A DNA stretch of 64,000 bases from a candidate division WOR-3 bacterium UBA1063 (GCA_002316275.1 DCDE01000009.1:15349-79348); one strand, 5' to 3'. Shown: positions 21,830 to 32,955, counted from the first letter of the stretch. Numbers and translations are program-made. Notes: a model not told the origin generated them from the letters alone.

Positions 21830-22809
21830 AAGGGAAGATTAGAAAGGTGCTCCTTATCCGTCTTTCGTCCCTTGGAGACCTTGTAATAATGTCCTCGCTG
21901 ATCGAGTTTTTGTTTCATAAAGGTGTTAGAATACACATTGCGCTTTATGAGCGATTTTCTGATTTGTTTGAAGGAGATCCGCGCGTAGAGAAGTTAATAA
22001 AGATAAAAAGGGATTTCAATGGGAAGTGGCGCGGTTTAGAAGATGTGCGGAAGGTGAAATACGATCTTGTAGTAGATTTACATAGGAAACTTTACCCTTC
22101 AGTTATTGCTCTTGCTTCGCGGACAAAATATAGAGCATACGTGAGAAAGAATTCCATTGTAAGGAGATTTGCTGTCCTTTACAAGAGGGGAATTAAAGAG
22201 GATCCCATTTATGTAAGGTACGTAAAAGCTGTGTCAAAATACTTTGAAATTGACAGGATACCTTATCCCAAGCTGGTATCTTTTAAAGAACCGGAATTTT
22301 CTTTGCCTTACAATTATACTGTAATTGTTCCCGGTGCTAGTAAACATACAAAACGCTGGCCCATCGACTATTACATAGATTTAGGGAAAAGGATCAATAC
22401 TTCATACAATCTACCTGTTGTTGTCGTTGGAAATGAAAGGCTTGCCGACTCTTACCCCGAGGGATTCATTAATTTGGCACGCTCTACGACCTTAAGAGAA
22501 CTTTTGTATATTTTAAAGAATGCGCATTTTGTGGTTTCAAATGATACAGGACCAGCACATATGGCTGCAGCAGTGGGTACGCCTCTCTTTGTGATTTTTG
22601 GGCCTACGATCCCGGAATTTGGATTTCGGCCTGCGGGTGAGGGATTTATCAGAACCCTTGAGAAGGATTTGCCTTGCAGACCCTGCACTCTCCACGGTGG
22701 GGACAAATGTCCATTGGGGCATTTTCGATGTATGTTAGAGATAAAACCTGAAGAGGTATTCGATGAAATTGGAAAGTTTTACAGCCGAGAAATTAATCAG
22801 AATTTTTGA
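21826..22809 (+). CDS. Glycosyltransferase family 9 (LPS heptosyltransferase-like)
   Basis: The GTG start overlaps the nth stop (GTGA). It has the GT9 hallmarks LSSLGDLV, the pattern VIVPGAS...KRWP and DTGPAHMAAAVGTPLFVIFGPT. Confidence 0.75.
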   Translation: MKGKIRKVLLIRLSSLGDLVIMSSLIEFLFHKGVRIHIALYERFSDLFEGDPRVEKLIKIKRDFNGKWRGLEDVRKVKYDLVVDLHRKLYPSVIALASRTKYRAYVRKNSIVRRFAVLYKRGIKEDPIYVRYVKAVSKYFEIDRIPYPKLVSFKEPEFSLPYNYTVIVPGASKHTKRWPIDYYIDLGKRINTSYNLPVVVVGNERLADSYPEGFINLARSTTLRELLYILKNAHFVVSNDTGPAHMAAAVGTPLFVIFGPTIPEFGFRPAGEGFIRTLEKDLPCRPCTLHGGDKCPLGHFRCMLEIKPEEVFDEIGKFYSREINQNF

Positions 22810-22922
22810 CCTTTTTGGTGTCTTTTTGGGCCTTCTGCTCTATTATCTCACAAGAAGTTGGAAATATGCACTTTTGGGACTTGGGGGGGTAACGCTTATA
22901 ACATCTTTTTTAAGGGGCTACC

Positions 22923-23690
22923 TTATATTTTCAAAAAGAAAGTTTCACTAATATATCCTGAAAAAATAAAGACGGGGGTTCCAGAAACTTTGAAGTAGTT
23001 TTTATCCTCTTGGATGTGTAACTTGCCCCCCTTCGAAACGAATGTCGCCTCCTTACTTTGAAGGTTCAATTTTCTTAATACGGCGAATGATGAGATTGCA
23101 CCTGAAGCACAGGAAAGGGTTTCGCCGACCCCACGCTCCCATACCCTATAAATTATACCCTTGGGTGTTATATTCAAGAAATTTACATTGGTTCTGTCAT
23201 GAAAGACAGGGTGGGTCTCAATCTTTGGTGCAAGATCGAAGGGTACCTCTTTGAGTATAATAAAATGAGGATTTCCAGCGAACTTGGTAAAGAATCCCTC
23301 GATTGTTCTGTGTGTAACAGATATTTTAATTGGTTCAAATTCAAACCCATCGTAGGGGAAATATACTGATATGTGCTCGCCTATTTCTATCTGCCTTTTT
23401 CCTGATATCGTACTTATTGAAACAATGCCCTTTGTCTTTTTGAATTTTCGCAAGTACTCGCCATAACATAGGAGTGAATTGACGCAAATTTCAGCTTCTG
23501 AGCCGTCGGCATTGAAGAAGCGAAGTGATCGGTTTGAATCATTGTGAATCACTAAAGTATCTCCACCTACACCGAAGTGACGGTCGAGGATCTTCAGGGC
23601 TAGTGTTTTATCCTCGGTCGTTGGAGTAAACTCCGAGTTCAAAAACACAAAATCATTACCTTGGGCTTGAAATTTTATAAAAGGAATCAT
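22923..23690 (-). CDS. dapF: Diaminopimelate epimerase
   Basis: The N-terminus [13 protein letters not shown] (the DapF 'GNDF' motif) is present, and a second active-site Cys is present. Confidence 0.8.
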   Translation of the reverse strand: MIPFIKFQAQGNDFVFLNSEFTPTTEDKTLALKILDRHFGVGGDTLVIHNDSNRSLRFFNADGSEAEICVNSLLCYGEYLRKFKKTKGIVSISTISGKRQIEIGEHISVYFPYDGFEFEPIKISVTHRTIEGFFTKFAGNPHFIILKEVPFDLAPKIETHPVFHDRTNVNFLNITPKGIIYRVWERGVGETLSCASGAISSFAVLRKLNLQSKEATFVSKGGKLHIQEDKNYFKVSGTPVFIFSGYISETFFLKI

Positions 23691-24664
23691 AAGAAGTTCT
23701 TAGATCGCATCCATTCATCGTTATAAAATTTAGAAAGGTATTTAAATCCTGTGTCTGGGAGTACTGTTACGATAACGGATCCAGCGGGTGCAGTTTCGTA
23801 AACTTTTAATGCAGCCCAGACGTTAGCACCGGAAGAGCCACCGACAAAAAGTCCTTCTTCCTTTGCTAAACTTCTTGCCATAAGGAAAGCCTCTTTGTCC
23901 GAAATCTGAAACATCTCATCGATTACAGAGAAATCGACATTTTTAATTAAAGCATCATCACCGAGACCTTCCAGCTCGTACTCACCCGCTTCTACCACTT
24001 TCCTCTCTTTATAGTATGGATAGAATACGGAGCCAGCAGGATCTAAAGTTATACATCTAATGTTTTTGTTTTTATCTTTGAGGAATTTTGCAACCCCAGT
24101 AAATGTTCCACCTGTTCCGACTCCTGCAACGAAATGGGTAATTTTGCCATCGGTAGCTTCCCATATTTCCATTGCTGTAGTTTCATAATGAGCTTTCCAG
24201 TTGTCCTCGTTTTCGTGTTGGTTGACGTAATAGGAGTTCGGAGTAGTCATGGCAAGTTTTTCTGCAACAGCGTTTCTACTTTCAGGCGAGCCATGCCTTG
24301 CGCTGCCTGGGCAAATAATTACTTCTGCACCAAAGGCTCTTAAGTGGTCTATCTTTTCCCTTGAGACCTTTTCAGTAACCGTAAGTATAACTTTAAATCC
24401 TTTAATTGCTCCATACATAGCGAGGGCTACGCCGGTGTTACCAGAAGTAGCTTCTATTATGGTACCGCCGGGCTTTAGATCTCCTCGTTCTACTGCCTTT
24501 TCGATCATATAAATTGCCATCCGATCCTTAATACTACCACCAGGATTCAGGAATTCCGCTTTAGCCAGCAGTAACTTGTTTTTCCCGTTATCTTGAACGA
24601 TTTTGTTTAGCTTTACAAGTGGTGTATTTCCGACTGCACCAATGATTGAATTTAAATATTTCAT
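23687..24664 (-). CDS. PLP-dependent cysteine synthase / cystathionine beta-synthase family enzyme
   Basis: Contains [11 protein letters not shown] (PLP-lysine motif), TSGNTG and GVGTGGT glycine loops. Confidence 0.8.
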   Translation of the reverse strand: MKYLNSIIGAVGNTPLVKLNKIVQDNGKNKLLLAKAEFLNPGGSIKDRMAIYMIEKAVERGDLKPGGTIIEATSGNTGVALAMYGAIKGFKVILTVTEKVSREKIDHLRAFGAEVIICPGSARHGSPESRNAVAEKLAMTTPNSYYVNQHENEDNWKAHYETTAMEIWEATDGKITHFVAGVGTGGTFTGVAKFLKDKNKNIRCITLDPAGSVFYPYYKERKVVEAGEYELEGLGDDALIKNVDFSVIDEMFQISDKEAFLMARSLAKEEGLFVGGSSGANVWAALKVYETAPAGSVIVTVLPDTGFKYLSKFYNDEWMRSKNFL

Positions 24665-24677
24665 TTCGTATTATTTT

Positions 24678-24770
<93 letters not shown>

Positions 24771-24880
24771 TCCTACTGTAGAAATTATATCGTGCTGGCG
24801 TTGTATTATCAAATTCAGGTACTTCCTTGACTATAACCCCTTTACCAATTAAAATAATTGTATATCTAAAAGGAGGTTGT

Positions 24881-25381
24881 ATGGCGGGTAGAAAGGACAG
24901 GCTCTTAGATGAGAAGGTGCAAGACCCGTATATGGACCGTAATCTATACAGGGATCCCACCATTTGTCCGACGTGTAATCTTGTGTTTCATAATAAAACT
25001 TGGCATCAGGATACAGCCATGCTGGAGAAGTATAAAAAGTTGGATTCTACTGATTACAAAGACTGTCCAGCCTGCAGGAAAATTAAAGATAACTATCCCC
25101 TTGGTATTTTGATAATTGAGGGGAAGATCTTGGAAGATGAAAGCAAGGTTGAGGAGCTTTTAAATTTAGTAAAGCATGAGGAAGAAAAAGAGATGAATAG
25201 TAATCCACTAGCTCGGATTATGAAAATTGAAAGGCTTGGAAATGGAATAGAAATTGGAACAACTACAATGGGCCTTGCAAAGAGAATTGGGAAAGCGCTG
25301 TATAAGGCACGTCAAGGCACACTCGATGTTGTTTTTTTTGAAGGTGAGAAATTTTTGAGGGTAATCTGGAAAAAAGATTAG
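24881..25381 (+). CDS. Conserved hypothetical zinc-ribbon protein
   Basis: RBS aaaaggagg precedes ATG 24881. The product MAGRKDRLLDE... contains two CPxC pairs (ICPTCNLVFHNKTWH ... CPACRKI). The family is unknown. Confidence 0.4.
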   Translation: MAGRKDRLLDEKVQDPYMDRNLYRDPTICPTCNLVFHNKTWHQDTAMLEKYKKLDSTDYKDCPACRKIKDNYPLGILIIEGKILEDESKVEELLNLVKHEEEKEMNSNPLARIMKIERLGNGIEIGTTTMGLAKRIGKALYKARQGTLDVVFFEGEKFLRVIWKKD

Positions 25382-25399
25382 CGGAGATTCACTAATAAA

Positions 25400-26779
25400 T
25401 TGAGCCAGTTTTTTGATATAATTGTTATTGGTAGTGGTCCAGCTGGCATCTTTTCAGCCCTGGAACTTGCTGATAAGGGACTTTCAGTATTAATGATAGA
25501 GCGGGGGCGTGAATTAGAAAGGAGGAAGTGTCCCGCCTTAGATAAGCAAATTCCCTGCGTGAGGTGCTCTCACTGTGCTATTACATCTGGTTTTGGGGGA
25601 GCTGGTGCTTTTTCTGATGGAAAGGTAACACTTAGTTCCTCAGTTGGTGGAAATTTAAGAGAGTTCCTCAGTGATATTGAACTTGAAAAGATGTTTAACC
25701 ACATTATGAAGAAACTTTTGGAGTTTGGTGCTCCAGAAAGGATTATGGGTACCGATACGGAGGGAGTTGATAAGATTTCTTTTGAAGCACAAAAGTACGG
25801 AATTGAACTTGTGAGATCAAAAATACTCCACATGGGTACAGACAAGGGGTTTCGGGTACTCTTGAATATGAGAGAAGCGTTGATAAGTAGAAGAGTTGAT
25901 TTACATCTTAGGGAAGCCGTTGAAGATTTGATTGTAGAAAACCATGAGGTAAAGGGTGTAAAGACATCTAAGGGTAAATATTTTGCAAAATATGTGATTA
26001 TGGCACCAGGACGGTCAGGAACCGAGTGGGCTTTTGAAATGTGCCAAAAGTATGGAATTGTGACCGATACGAACCCTGTTGATATTGGAGTTAGGCTTGA
26101 AGTGCCTTTTGAGGTTCTTAAACCTTTAACAGATGTACTCTATGAGCCAAAACTGGTCTATTATTCAAGGAGCTTTGATGATAGAGTCCGTACTTTTTGT
26201 GTTAACCCACATGGGGTTGTAGTCCCTGAAATGACTGAGGATGTTGTGACTGTGAATGGTCATAGTTTCACTTATCCTGTATCGGATTACACCAATCTTG
26301 CAATTTTAGTTTCTACAAGGTTCACGGAGCCGTTTAAGGATCCCGTCAGTTATGGTAAATCAATAGCAAGACTCGCAAATTTGCTTACTGGGAGTATAAT
26401 CATTCAAAGATACGGTGATCTGAAGCTTGGGAGGCGCTCCACCGAGGAGCGCATCAGGAAAAGTATAGTCAAGTCAACATATAGGGGAGCGGTTCCGGGT
26501 GATCTAAGCTTTGCACTTCCGTACAGGTACCTTTCCAGTATAAAAGAGATGCTGGACCAGTTAGATAGGCTCGCTCCTGGGTTTGCAGATGACGGGAACC
26601 TTTTGTATGGTGCTGAGGTGAAATTCTATTCTGCAAGAATAATGGTTTCAGGCGAGTTTGAAGTGGAACACATGAAGAATCTATTTGCAATTGGTGATGG
26701 GGCGGGCATCACACGCGGGCTTTCTCAAGCGGCTATTTCTGGAATACTGGCAGCAAGATCCATTTTAAACAGGAGGTAG
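25400..26779 (+). CDS. FAD-dependent oxidoreductase (COG2509-like uncharacterised FAD-dependent dehydrogenase)
   Basis: A TTG start is followed by the dinucleotide-binding motif DIIVIGSGPAGIFSALELA and a C-terminal GDGAGITRG. Confidence 0.65.
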   Translation: MSQFFDIIVIGSGPAGIFSALELADKGLSVLMIERGRELERRKCPALDKQIPCVRCSHCAITSGFGGAGAFSDGKVTLSSSVGGNLREFLSDIELEKMFNHIMKKLLEFGAPERIMGTDTEGVDKISFEAQKYGIELVRSKILHMGTDKGFRVLLNMREALISRRVDLHLREAVEDLIVENHEVKGVKTSKGKYFAKYVIMAPGRSGTEWAFEMCQKYGIVTDTNPVDIGVRLEVPFEVLKPLTDVLYEPKLVYYSRSFDDRVRTFCVNPHGVVVPEMTEDVVTVNGHSFTYPVSDYTNLAILVSTRFTEPFKDPVSYGKSIARLANLLTGSIIIQRYGDLKLGRRSTEERIRKSIVKSTYRGAVPGDLSFALPYRYLSSIKEMLDQLDRLAPGFADDGNLLYGAEVKFYSARIMVSGEFEVEHMKNLFAIGDGAGITRGLSQAAISGILAARSILNRR

Positions 26780-26780
26780 T

Positions 26781-27491
26781 ATGAAAAGCCCTATCTCTTT
26801 TAGAAAGTTGAAAGGATCTTTTAAAAAAGAGACTGTAAGGGAAGACTTTATAACTGGACTGTTAGTTCTTGGGCCACTTCTTGTTACGATTTATTTAGTG
26901 GTTTTCTTAGTATCTGTCATAGGTAATTTTTTTGCTCGTATCGTTGCCCCTGTGCCATTTGTAGGCAGTGTACCCCCATTTTTGAAGACGATATTTGGCC
27001 TTGTAATTGGTATACTTTTGATATATATTGCCGGCCTTTTGGTAAGGCTTGTATTTGGGTTAGAACTTGAAAGCTTTGTTAATCGTACTGTAAATCGAAT
27101 ACCTGTTGTGAAGACCATTTATAGTGCTGTTAGAGAATTTTTAAAGTATATTACAAACCCTCGTAGCATTAAGATCTCTTCCGGTCGTGTAGTGCTTTTT
27201 ACTATTTCAGATGGAGGGCCTTTTCTAATGGGGTTCTTAACCCGTGATGAGCCGTTAGAAGTAGAGGGGAAGCGTTTTTATATGGTTTTTATGCCCACAA
27301 CGCCAAATCCAACGACGGGTTTCTATTTTGTTGTAGAAGAAAGCAGATTAAGTTTTGTTGATATGAGTTTTGAAGAGGGCACTAAAATTGCAATGACTGC
27401 AGGTATTAGCATGAACACACAAGGAGGTGAGATAATTCAAAATGGGATTGCAGAGGTTCTTAAGAAGAATGGTAAGAAAAATTCAGAATAG
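26781..27491 (+). CDS. DUF502 family membrane protein
   Basis: It has two N-terminal TM helices and the conserved MPTTPNPTTGFYFVV motif. Confidence 0.7.
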   Translation: MKSPISFRKLKGSFKKETVREDFITGLLVLGPLLVTIYLVVFLVSVIGNFFARIVAPVPFVGSVPPFLKTIFGLVIGILLIYIAGLLVRLVFGLELESFVNRTVNRIPVVKTIYSAVREFLKYITNPRSIKISSGRVVLFTISDGGPFLMGFLTRDEPLEVEGKRFYMVFMPTTPNPTTGFYFVVEESRLSFVDMSFEEGTKIAMTAGISMNTQGGEIIQNGIAEVLKKNGKKNSE

Positions 27492-28260
27492 GGAACTCGA
27501 TGTTGAAGAATTAATAGAGTTTTTTGAAAAAGCAAGGACTGAAAAGGTACTTTCTGACACTGTTACAGAGATTATACAGCAAATCCTTGAAGTGAGTGAT
27601 AGAGAGGTGGAAGAGATCATGGTTCCCCGAATTGATATGGTTGTGATAAATGGTGATGCGACGCTTAATGAAGCGGTTAGGATTTACAAAAAGAGAGGGT
27701 TTTCGAAAATTCCCGTCGTAAGAGAACGTACCGATAATGTCATAGGAATTTTGTATATAAAGGAACTTTTGAAACACCTGGATGAGCTCCATAGTTTGAA
27801 AGCACAAGATCTGGCAAAGCCTGCCCACTACATACCCTATTCCAAGAAAGTACTTGATACTCTCAAAGAAATGCAGATGAAGAGGATTTCAATTGCAATT
27901 GTTGTGGATGAATTTGGCTCTGTTTCGGGGCTTGTAACCCTCGAGGATATCCTCGAAGAGATTGTGGGAGAAATATATGAGGAATTCGATAAAGAAGAGG
28001 TTCTTGTAAGAGAGCTGGAAGATGGGTCGTTTATTGTAAACGCTAAAATTGACCTGTATGAAGCTTCAGAGAAGTTTGGGGTAGAACTCGAAAGTGAAGA
28101 GGTGAATACACTTGGGGGATATATTATTGAAAATCTAGAAAGGGTTCCAGAAGCTGGTGAGAAGTTTACTATAGGTCCAATTGAAGTTGAAGTTCTTGAT
28201 GCAACTCAACAGAGAATCAAGGAGCTAAAGGTAAGAATTATCAAAAAAACCGAAGAATAG
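27442..28260 (+). CDS. CBS-pair + CorC_HlyC domain protein (CorC/HlyC-like, no DUF21 membrane domain)
   Basis: RBS AGGAGG precedes ATG 27442. A CBS pair is present (IMVPRIDMVVING...IPVV and IAIVVDEFGSVSGLVTLEDILEEIVGEI), followed by a transporter-associated C-terminal domain. Confidence 0.75.
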   Translation: MGLQRFLRRMVRKIQNRELDVEELIEFFEKARTEKVLSDTVTEIIQQILEVSDREVEEIMVPRIDMVVINGDATLNEAVRIYKKRGFSKIPVVRERTDNVIGILYIKELLKHLDELHSLKAQDLAKPAHYIPYSKKVLDTLKEMQMKRISIAIVVDEFGSVSGLVTLEDILEEIVGEIYEEFDKEEVLVRELEDGSFIVNAKIDLYEASEKFGVELESEEVNTLGGYIIENLERVPEAGEKFTIGPIEVEVLDATQQRIKELKVRIIKKTEE

Positions 28261-28268
28261 GAGGATCG

Positions 28269-28523
28269 GTGGCAAAATACAGAGTGAGTGTAATAGTAAG
28301 AATGAGGGAGGATTTGCCTGAACCCCAGGGGATTGCATTGGAGAAGGTCCTCAAGAGGATGGGGTACAAAGAAATAAGTGATATCAGAGTTGGTAAAATA
28401 CTTGAAATGAATGTGGAGGGGGACAACAAAGAAAAAGTGGTTGAGACAATTACCAACCTCTCAAATGATCTTTTTTCCAATCCTGTAATTGAAAACTTTG
28501 AGTTAAAGGTTATGGAACTATGA
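28269..28523 (+). CDS. purS: Phosphoribosylformylglycinamidine synthase subunit PurS
   Basis: The 84-aa PurS fold sequence sits upstream of purQ/purL. The start is GTG. Confidence 0.85.
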   Translation: MAKYRVSVIVRMREDLPEPQGIALEKVLKRMGYKEISDIRVGKILEMNVEGDNKEKVVETITNLSNDLFSNPVIENFELKVMEL

Positions 28524-29194
28524 AAGTAGGTGTTGTGATCTTCCCGGGTACAAACTGTGATAGCGAAACATATTATGCACTTAAGGAACTTGTGGGCTTT
28601 GACACGGGCTTTGTCTGGCATGAAGAGGTGGATATAAGAAAATATTCCCTGATAATCCTACCCGGTGGTTTCTCCTACGGAGATTATTTAAGGCCTGGTG
28701 CTCTAGCGAAGGTTTCTCCTGTAGTGGAGAGCCTTTACGAATATGTCGAAAAGGAGCGCGGTATTGTAGTTGGTATATGTAATGGTTTTCAGATATTAAC
28801 AGAGTCGCGGCTTTTAAAAGGTGGGCTAATAAGGAATAGTGGCTTGAAATTTATCTGCAAGACTGTGCCTCTCAGGGTGGTGAACAATAACTTACCTTTT
28901 ACCAGAAAATTTAGCAAGGGTGAAGTTATAAAACTTACCATAGCCCATATGGATGGCAGGTATGTGGCTCCCCCGCAGGAGCTTGAGGAGCTAAATAGGG
29001 ATGGGCTTGTATTTCTAGAATATGACAAGGAAAATCCGAATGGTTCAATTTTAAATATTGCGGGGATTACAAATGAAAGAAGAAATGTTTTTGGTCTCAT
29101 GCCTCATCCTGAGAGAAATGTCGAAAAAATACATGGTACGAGGGATGGCCTCAAGTTTTTCCAGTCGCTGAAGGAGTTTTATTATTATGGATAA
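28520..29194 (+). CDS. purQ: Phosphoribosylformylglycinamidine synthase I (glutaminase subunit)
   Basis: MKVGVVIFPGTNCD..., the class-I GATase Cys in GICNGFQ and His in MPHPER are present. Confidence 0.9.
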   Translation: MKVGVVIFPGTNCDSETYYALKELVGFDTGFVWHEEVDIRKYSLIILPGGFSYGDYLRPGALAKVSPVVESLYEYVEKERGIVVGICNGFQILTESRLLKGGLIRNSGLKFICKTVPLRVVNNNLPFTRKFSKGEVIKLTIAHMDGRYVAPPQELEELNRDGLVFLEYDKENPNGSILNIAGITNERRNVFGLMPHPERNVEKIHGTRDGLKFFQSLKEFYYYG

Positions 29195-31382
29195 AGAAGT
29201 GGTAAAAAGACACGGTTTCACCGATGACGAATACAATAAAATTTTAGAAATTTTAGGTAGAGAGCCAAATCTTTTGGAGCTGGGTATCTTTTCTACGCAG
29301 TGGTCTGAGCACTGTAGCTATAAATCATCAAAGAAACTTTTAAAAGAGCTTCCAAATGAAGGGAAGAATGTATTGCAGGGTCCTGGAGAAAATGCGGGGG
29401 TAGTTGCGCTTAAGAATGGATACATTCTTGCATTTAAAGTGGAAAGCCACAATCATCCTTCAGCTGTGGAGCCATTTCATGGGGCTGCAACTGGTATAGG
29501 GGGGATCGTTAGGGACATTTTATCTATGGGTGTAAGGCCTATTGCTCTTATGGATTCTTTGAGATTTGGTGAACTTAGAGATCCTCATGTAGTGCACCTT
29601 TTTGATGGGGTTGTGAGCGGGATTTCTTTTTACGGAAACTGTATTGGGGTTCCATGCATCGGAGGAGAGGTTTATTTTGATGAGCCTTATGGAGAGAACT
29701 GTCTTGTGAATGTGTGTTGTGCGGGCATTGGGAGAGAGGGGGATTTGAAAACGGGGATTGCAAAAGGGAAGGGGAATAAGCTAATCCTCGTCGGATCGAA
29801 GACGGGAAGAGAAGGTATCCACGGTGCTACCTTTGCTTCAGATGCTTTAGAGGGTTCAAAGCAGGAAAAGAGGCCCAGTGTACAAATCGGAGACCCATTC
29901 TATGAAAAACTCTTAATTGAGGCAATTCTTGAGGTTAGAAAATTCAAAGAACTAATTGGTATGCAAGATCTTGGTGCTGGTGGCCTGTCCACCACTCCCG
30001 CCGAGATGGCAGAGAGGGGTGGGGTTGGTATAGAAATTGATATTGGTAAGATTCCAGTAAAATCAATAGAGATGACTCCTTATGAGATTATGCTTTCTGA
30101 AACCCAAGAGAGGGCATTACTCTGCGTTAAGGATGGCAGTGAGAAGAAGTTTATTGATCTGTTCAAAAAGTGGGGTCTTGAGGCTGAGGTGATAGGCAAG
30201 GTAATAGAGAAAAGAGTTTTTAGAGTTGTTAAAGGAATGGATATGCTTGCAGAAATCCCTGTAGAGGGCCTTGTTAATGGAGTTCCACAAAAGGTTATGG
30301 GATCAAGAGAGCCAGCTTACATAAGTAAACTTAGGACCCTTCAAATCAAGGAGTCGAATAGAGAAGACCTTAATACATCTTTCAAAAGGATACTTGCCTC
30401 TCCTAATATTGCATCCAAAAAGTGGGTTTATGAACAGTATGACTACACCGTTAGAGGTGATACAGTGTTTGTACCTGGTTTTAGTGACGCTGCAATTTTA
30501 AGGATAAAAGGGGAAGATTTTGGGGTTGCAATGACCATCGATGGGAACGGAAGGTTATGTTACCTCAACCCTTATGAGGGAGGTAAGATAGCGGTTGCTG
30601 AAGCGGCAAGGAACCTTGTCGCTGTCGGAGCCGACCCCATTGCCGTTACGGATGGTCTGAATTTTGGTAATCCAGAGATTCCGGAAGTCTATTGGTCTTT
30701 CGAAAAAGTAATTGAAGGAATCTCAGAGTCTGCGAGAGGCCTTGATATACCAGTTATCTCTGGTAACGTGAGTTTTTATAATGAAACGGAGACGCTGAGA
30801 ATTTTTCCGACCCCTATTATAGGAATGGTAGGTATCATAGACCCACTGGAGTATGCAGTAGATATGACAGTAAAGATGCCAGGAGACTATATTAATTTAG
30901 TAGGCAAACTTGAGGGTAACGTTGGTGGAAGCGAGTACTTAAAGGTCCTTTACGGCTTAGTGGGTGGTGAGGTAGATGTTCTTGACCTTGACTTTGAGAA
31001 GAAGCTTCAACAAGTTGTTCTTAAGCTCATCAAGTCAAAGCTTATAAAAAGCGCTCATGATGTTTCGGAAGGAGGATTACTTACTGCAATTTTTGAGAAA
31101 TTTTTGCTTGCTGAAAGACTCGGAGTTCTTATAGAGATTGATGTATGTTCAGAAAGATTCCTCTTTGGAGAATGGCAGTCGAGATTTGTTGTCTCTTACG
31201 GCGTAGCGGAAAGGCCGCAGGTTATTGAAATCCTCAAAAAAGAAGGGGTTCCATATATTGAACTGGGATTATGTACAAGCGGGCGGGAATTCATTTTGAA
31301 TACTAATAATAAATCGTTTGAATGGGACCTTCGTGAACTCAGGGCTATTTATAATGGAGCCATTGAATCCCTTGTTTCTTGA
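29187..31382 (+). CDS. purL: Phosphoribosylformylglycinamidine synthase II
   Basis: The N-terminus FSTQWSEHCSYKSSK, a length typical of small PurL and the operon context all fit. Confidence 0.9.
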   Translation: MDKEVVKRHGFTDDEYNKILEILGREPNLLELGIFSTQWSEHCSYKSSKKLLKELPNEGKNVLQGPGENAGVVALKNGYILAFKVESHNHPSAVEPFHGAATGIGGIVRDILSMGVRPIALMDSLRFGELRDPHVVHLFDGVVSGISFYGNCIGVPCIGGEVYFDEPYGENCLVNVCCAGIGREGDLKTGIAKGKGNKLILVGSKTGREGIHGATFASDALEGSKQEKRPSVQIGDPFYEKLLIEAILEVRKFKELIGMQDLGAGGLSTTPAEMAERGGVGIEIDIGKIPVKSIEMTPYEIMLSETQERALLCVKDGSEKKFIDLFKKWGLEAEVIGKVIEKRVFRVVKGMDMLAEIPVEGLVNGVPQKVMGSREPAYISKLRTLQIKESNREDLNTSFKRILASPNIASKKWVYEQYDYTVRGDTVFVPGFSDAAILRIKGEDFGVAMTIDGNGRLCYLNPYEGGKIAVAEAARNLVAVGADPIAVTDGLNFGNPEIPEVYWSFEKVIEGISESARGLDIPVISGNVSFYNETETLRIFPTPIIGMVGIIDPLEYAVDMTVKMPGDYINLVGKLEGNVGGSEYLKVLYGLVGGEVDVLDLDFEKKLQQVVLKLIKSKLIKSAHDVSEGGLLTAIFEKFLLAERLGVLIEIDVCSERFLFGEWQSRFVVSYGVAERPQVIEILKKEGVPYIELGLCTSGREFILNTNNKSFEWDLRELRAIYNGAIESLVS

Positions 31383-31383
31383 A

Positions 31384-32793
31384 ATGAGAGAGTTTTGTGG
31401 TATAGTAGGGGCAGTTAGTAAAAAGGGTAAAGATGTATCTGAACTTCTTTACAAGTCCCTTTTTACACTCCAACATCGGGGTCAGGAATCAGCTGGGATT
31501 GTTACTTTTGGTGAATCTGGATTTAATACCCACAGAGGGTTCGGACAGGTTAAAGATGTGTTCTCGAAGGATATATTAAAAGAATTGACAGGGCACATAG
31601 GTATTGGCCACACTAGATATTCAACCTTTGGTGATTACAGGAATGTTAATAATATTCAGCCTCTTTTCGTTTCCTCAAGGGAAGGTTTTATGGCGGTTGC
31701 GCACAATGGTACTCTCACCAATTATGATGAGTTAAGGGCTGAACTTGAAGAGAACGGCTATGTTTTCCATTCTTCAACAGATTCTGAGATTTTCCTTTAC
31801 TTGTTTTTAATTAGTGAAGGTAATAATCCAGAGGAGAAATTTAAAGAGATAATGAAGAAGGTTAAAGGTGCATACTCTCTTCTTTTTCTTATCAATGATA
31901 GGCTATACTTTCTGAGGGACCCATGGGGGTTTAGGCCGCTGGTTTTTGGGGAAAGTGAAGATTATTTTGTGGTGGCTTCTGAGACTGCCGCTCTGAAACA
32001 GGCTGGAATAAATGTTTATGAGGAGGTTCAGCCAGGTGATGTAGGCATTTACGAGGGGCATAACTTGAAAATTTTTAACGTTGGCAAGGTATTGAAGAAA
32101 GAGCAGTGTGTTTTTGAACTTATATATTTTTCCAGGCCTGACTCCATAATCTTCGGAGAAAATGTTTATAGATTTCGGAAAGAGTGTGGGGAAAGGTTAG
32201 CCATGCGCGAAAAACGGGAAATTGACATCGTAATGCCTGTTCCTGATTCGGGGATTCCTGCGAGTGTGGGATATTCTAAAGCTCTCGGTAAACCTTTGGA
32301 ATTCGGACTTATGAGGAGTCATTTTACTGGTAGGAGCTTCATTGAGCCTTCAGAGAGGGATAAAAAAGTGAGGATGAAGCTAATTCCTATACAAGAAGCA
32401 CTGTATGGCATGCGTATTGCTCTTATAGATGACTCACTGGTCAGAGGCACGACTTCGAGAGAAATTGTGAAACTTCTCAGAGAAAATGGTGCAAAGGAAG
32501 TCCATTTGCGTTTTGCCTCACCACCTATTGTCGCGCCATGTTTCTTTGGTATTGATATTCCTACTGTTGAAGAACTAATGGCATCTTCTGTGAAATTGAG
32601 GGACTTGGAAGAGGTGTTGGATGCTGACTCTGTGCAGTATTTACCTCTGAAGGTCTTGAAAGATATATTAGGGCAAAGAAGTGAAGAGTTCTGTTTTTCT
32701 TGCTTTTCCGGATTGTATAATCCTGAAACTGTAGGAGAAGGTATTTTAAGTAGGTTTAAAGGATATCACCCGAGGATCTTAGACGAAGTGTAA
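31384..32793 (+). CDS. purF: Amidophosphoribosyltransferase
   Basis: ATG 31384 gives MREFCGIVGAV (the N-terminal nucleophile Cys after Met processing). A PRTase motif IALIDDSLVRGTT and a C-terminal Cys cluster are present. Confidence 0.9.
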   Translation: MREFCGIVGAVSKKGKDVSELLYKSLFTLQHRGQESAGIVTFGESGFNTHRGFGQVKDVFSKDILKELTGHIGIGHTRYSTFGDYRNVNNIQPLFVSSREGFMAVAHNGTLTNYDELRAELEENGYVFHSSTDSEIFLYLFLISEGNNPEEKFKEIMKKVKGAYSLLFLINDRLYFLRDPWGFRPLVFGESEDYFVVASETAALKQAGINVYEEVQPGDVGIYEGHNLKIFNVGKVLKKEQCVFELIYFSRPDSIIFGENVYRFRKECGERLAMREKREIDIVMPVPDSGIPASVGYSKALGKPLEFGLMRSHFTGRSFIEPSERDKKVRMKLIPIQEALYGMRIALIDDSLVRGTTSREIVKLLRENGAKEVHLRFASPPIVAPCFFGIDIPTVEELMASSVKLRDLEEVLDADSVQYLPLKVLKDILGQRSEEFCFSCFSGLYNPETVGEGILSRFKGYHPRILDEV

Positions 32794-32883
32794 CAGGATA
32801 GCAATGCTATTCATAAATTTGAAAATCTGTGGTTTAGTTTGACTCTACGAAGGGGTTGTGATATATTTTACCAAGTTCGCAAA

Positions 32884-32955
32884 GCGGGAGTAGTTCAGCG
32901 GTAGAACATCACCTTGCCAAGGTGAGGGTCGCGGGTTCAAGTCCCGTCTCCCGCT
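32884..32955 (+). tRNA. tRNA-Gly(GCC)
   Basis: GCGGGAGTAGTTCAGCGGTAGAACATCACCTTGCCAAGGTGAGGGTCGCGGGTTCAAGTCCCGTCTCCCGCT folds into a cloverleaf. The anticodon loop CTTGCCAAG gives GCC. No CCA is encoded, and a T-run follows. Confidence 0.9.

Noticed and set aside
22763-22951. 62-aa ORF between the GT9 and dapF genes
   Set aside because: It overlaps the 3' ends of both convergent neighbours. It is probably a chance ORF.
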